A DNA stretch of 63,640 nucleotides, filler included, from Octopus bimaculoides (taxonomy: Eukaryota), in the NCBI RefSeq assembly GCF_001194135.2. It is 8 parts of 7 records of this genome, joined end to end, with 100 filler letters (N's around TTAATTAATTAA, not from the genome) between each part and the next. Parts side by side here need not be neighbours in the genome. Positions count along the whole stretch, not along the records: positions 55,812 to 61,933 come from NC_069000.1; positions 62,034 to 63,640 come from NW_026376484.1; 6 more parts are not named here. The stretch is one strand, 5' to 3'. Positions 61,867-63,640 of this stretch are shown here, one piece after another (position 1 is the first letter of the stretch; each line of letters opens with the position of its first letter). Under the pieces are notes generated by a model that was not told the origin of the DNA, made no database searches, and saw only the letters and a list, made by a program, of their open reading frames with translations. Position numbers and translations under genes: made by a program.

Positions 61867-62499
61867 TTCCATCGAGCTTGTCGGCGAGACACTGAGAGAC
61901 TACGAAGCGGTAACGGGAGCGAAAATCAACCGGNNNNNNNNNNNNNNNNNNNNNNNNNNNNNNNNNNNNNNNNNNNNTTAATTAATTAANNNNNNNNNNN
62001 NNNNNNNNNNNNNNNNNNNNNNNNNNNNNNNNNTATTTAACCAGTCAGATCTTCATCTCTGCCCCTAAAGCGCCAGTTCCTACATAATGCATCAGAAACT
62101 ACTCATTAATGATAATTGAACAATACTCGCACCCATTAACCCCCAACCCCAGATATATCTTTATTTCTTTATTGCCTACAGGGGGCCAAACATAGAGGGA
62201 ATAGACAAGGACAGACAAAGGGATTAAGTCGATTACGTCGATCCCAGTACGTAACTGGTACTTATTTAATCGATCCCGAAACGATGAAAGGCAAAGTCGA
62301 CCTCGGCGGAATTTGAACTCAGAACGTAGCGACGGGCGAAATACCGCTAAGCATTTCGCCCGGCGTGCTAACGTTTCTGCCAGCTCGCCGCCTTGTAAGT
62401 CAACCAATAATGAAGAAAGAATATGGTTATGTTCTAGTCGTTTATATTGGTCCCAGTAAAATAAGGTAACAGTCAGATCATCATCATCATCAACAACAA

Positions 62500-62925
62500 C
62501 AACCCTTAGACCCTATGACTAATAAGGCCACTTTCCCGCTTTCCGTGGCATATAATTGACCGAGAATACAACATTGCCCCTGGACGGGGCGCAAGTCCGT
62601 CGCAAGGTTATTCACTTACAACTAACTTGACTGTAGTAACGTAAAATGAAGTGTTTTGCTCAAGAAAATTACGCACTGCACCGCCCGCTCAGTGGCTCGA
62701 TACCATGATCTTGCAATCGTGAGCGCTACATCCAAACCATTAGGCCAATCGCCTTCACTAGTTTATTCAAGTACTGAAGTGGACTTGCCAAATGTGAAAT
62801 TAAGTGTTTTACTTAAGAACATCGCGCACTTAACCGCACTGCGAGCTCCAATAATCGAAACCACAATCCTGTGATCGTGTGTAACACCAACCCAACCAGA
62901 CCACTAAACCACGTATCTTCACTGC
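62500..62925 (-). mobile_element. tRNA-head SINE plus a second partial head
   Basis: Minus-strand head tggcctaatggtttggatgtagcgctcacgattgcaagatcatggtatcgagcc; (GAT/GTT)n tail. Confidence 0.65.
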
Positions 62926-63640
62926 GAAATTTTGGGGGACAGTATCTCGCATGCGTCTTACTCACCCGATTTCATCCTTTAAAATATGTCATTTTGTGTC
63001 TGTGTTAGTGAGTGCTAAATAACAAATTAAAGAATACATGAAAAAAAAAAAAAGCAATTATGAAATAGTTTAATATACATTAACAAACAGGAAAATAAGT
63101 GAAATTTGAAATCGAAACCAATTTAGTATAATTATAATTAAACCTAATTAATTAAACTAAATTAAAGATGAAACATTTCACGTGTGTGCAAAATCATTTC
63201 TTAAAGTATTAGCTATATTTGAAGCAGTGTGTTTGCTTTTCGATGATATTGTTGTGTTTGTGAAGGGAGGAGGGATGGGCATGGACAGAGGTTAATATGC
63301 GTACGGAGGGAGGAGGGGTAGGTGGTTGGGTTATTGAAGTTCGGAGAGTATGATGAACAGTAAGGGAAAGGTGGGGTGGGGGAAGAATGTAACCGAGTGT
63401 TTGGATGTAGATTAACGTAGACTATTAGACTGATATGTGTGTGTGTCTGTGTATTTGTGTGTATGTGTGCTTATGTGTGTGTGCGCGCGCGTATTTATGC
63501 ATATGCACACATAGATATACATACATAGTTATAACCGTATACACATGCACGAAATCTCACCCAGACACCCATATATGCACACACATACTCACACAGATAG
63601 ATAGATAGATAGATAGATAGGTTTCTTTATTAGCCACACA

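Noticed and set aside
62457-62465. 9-nt candidate exon TAAAATAAG as the terminal exon of the Ig gene
   Set aside because: Would stop after two codons yet is followed by a donor; weak acceptor; lies beyond an assembly spacer

Overview
AT-rich, repeat-dense eukaryotic genomic DNA, about 10% N gaps. The SINE/LINE families and microsatellite load suggest a cephalopod, probably Octopus (inference). Two protein-coding genes can be reconstructed by hand from splice sites and reading frame; the ORF track almost entirely misses them. (1) A minus-strand GhrA-like D-isomer-specific 2-hydroxyacid dehydrogenase: 8 phase-compatible exons, 16406-31820, about 262 aa, with the N- and C-terminal exons not located. 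(2) The 5' part of a plus-strand secreted or membrane protein: a signal-peptide exon at 55966-56030 and a cysteine-rich Ig-like domain exon at 58132-58452. The rest is transposon debris: Penelope-like elements carrying minimal hammerhead ribozymes, R4/Dong, RTE and CR1-like LINEs, Tc1/mariner, MULE, hAT MITEs, several tRNA-derived SINE families and microsatellites. Seven N44-TTAATTAATTAA-N44 spacers are assembly joins. No prokaryote-type systems (CRISPR, rRNA operons) are supported. The most interesting leads are a Penelope 3' cassette that combines a tRNA-like Pol III head, (TAA)n and a hammerhead ribozyme; the atypical Ig protein, whose signal peptide looks microsatellite-derived; and blocks of CpG decay that trace gene-body methylation and point to an unexplained methylated block at 44-52 kb.
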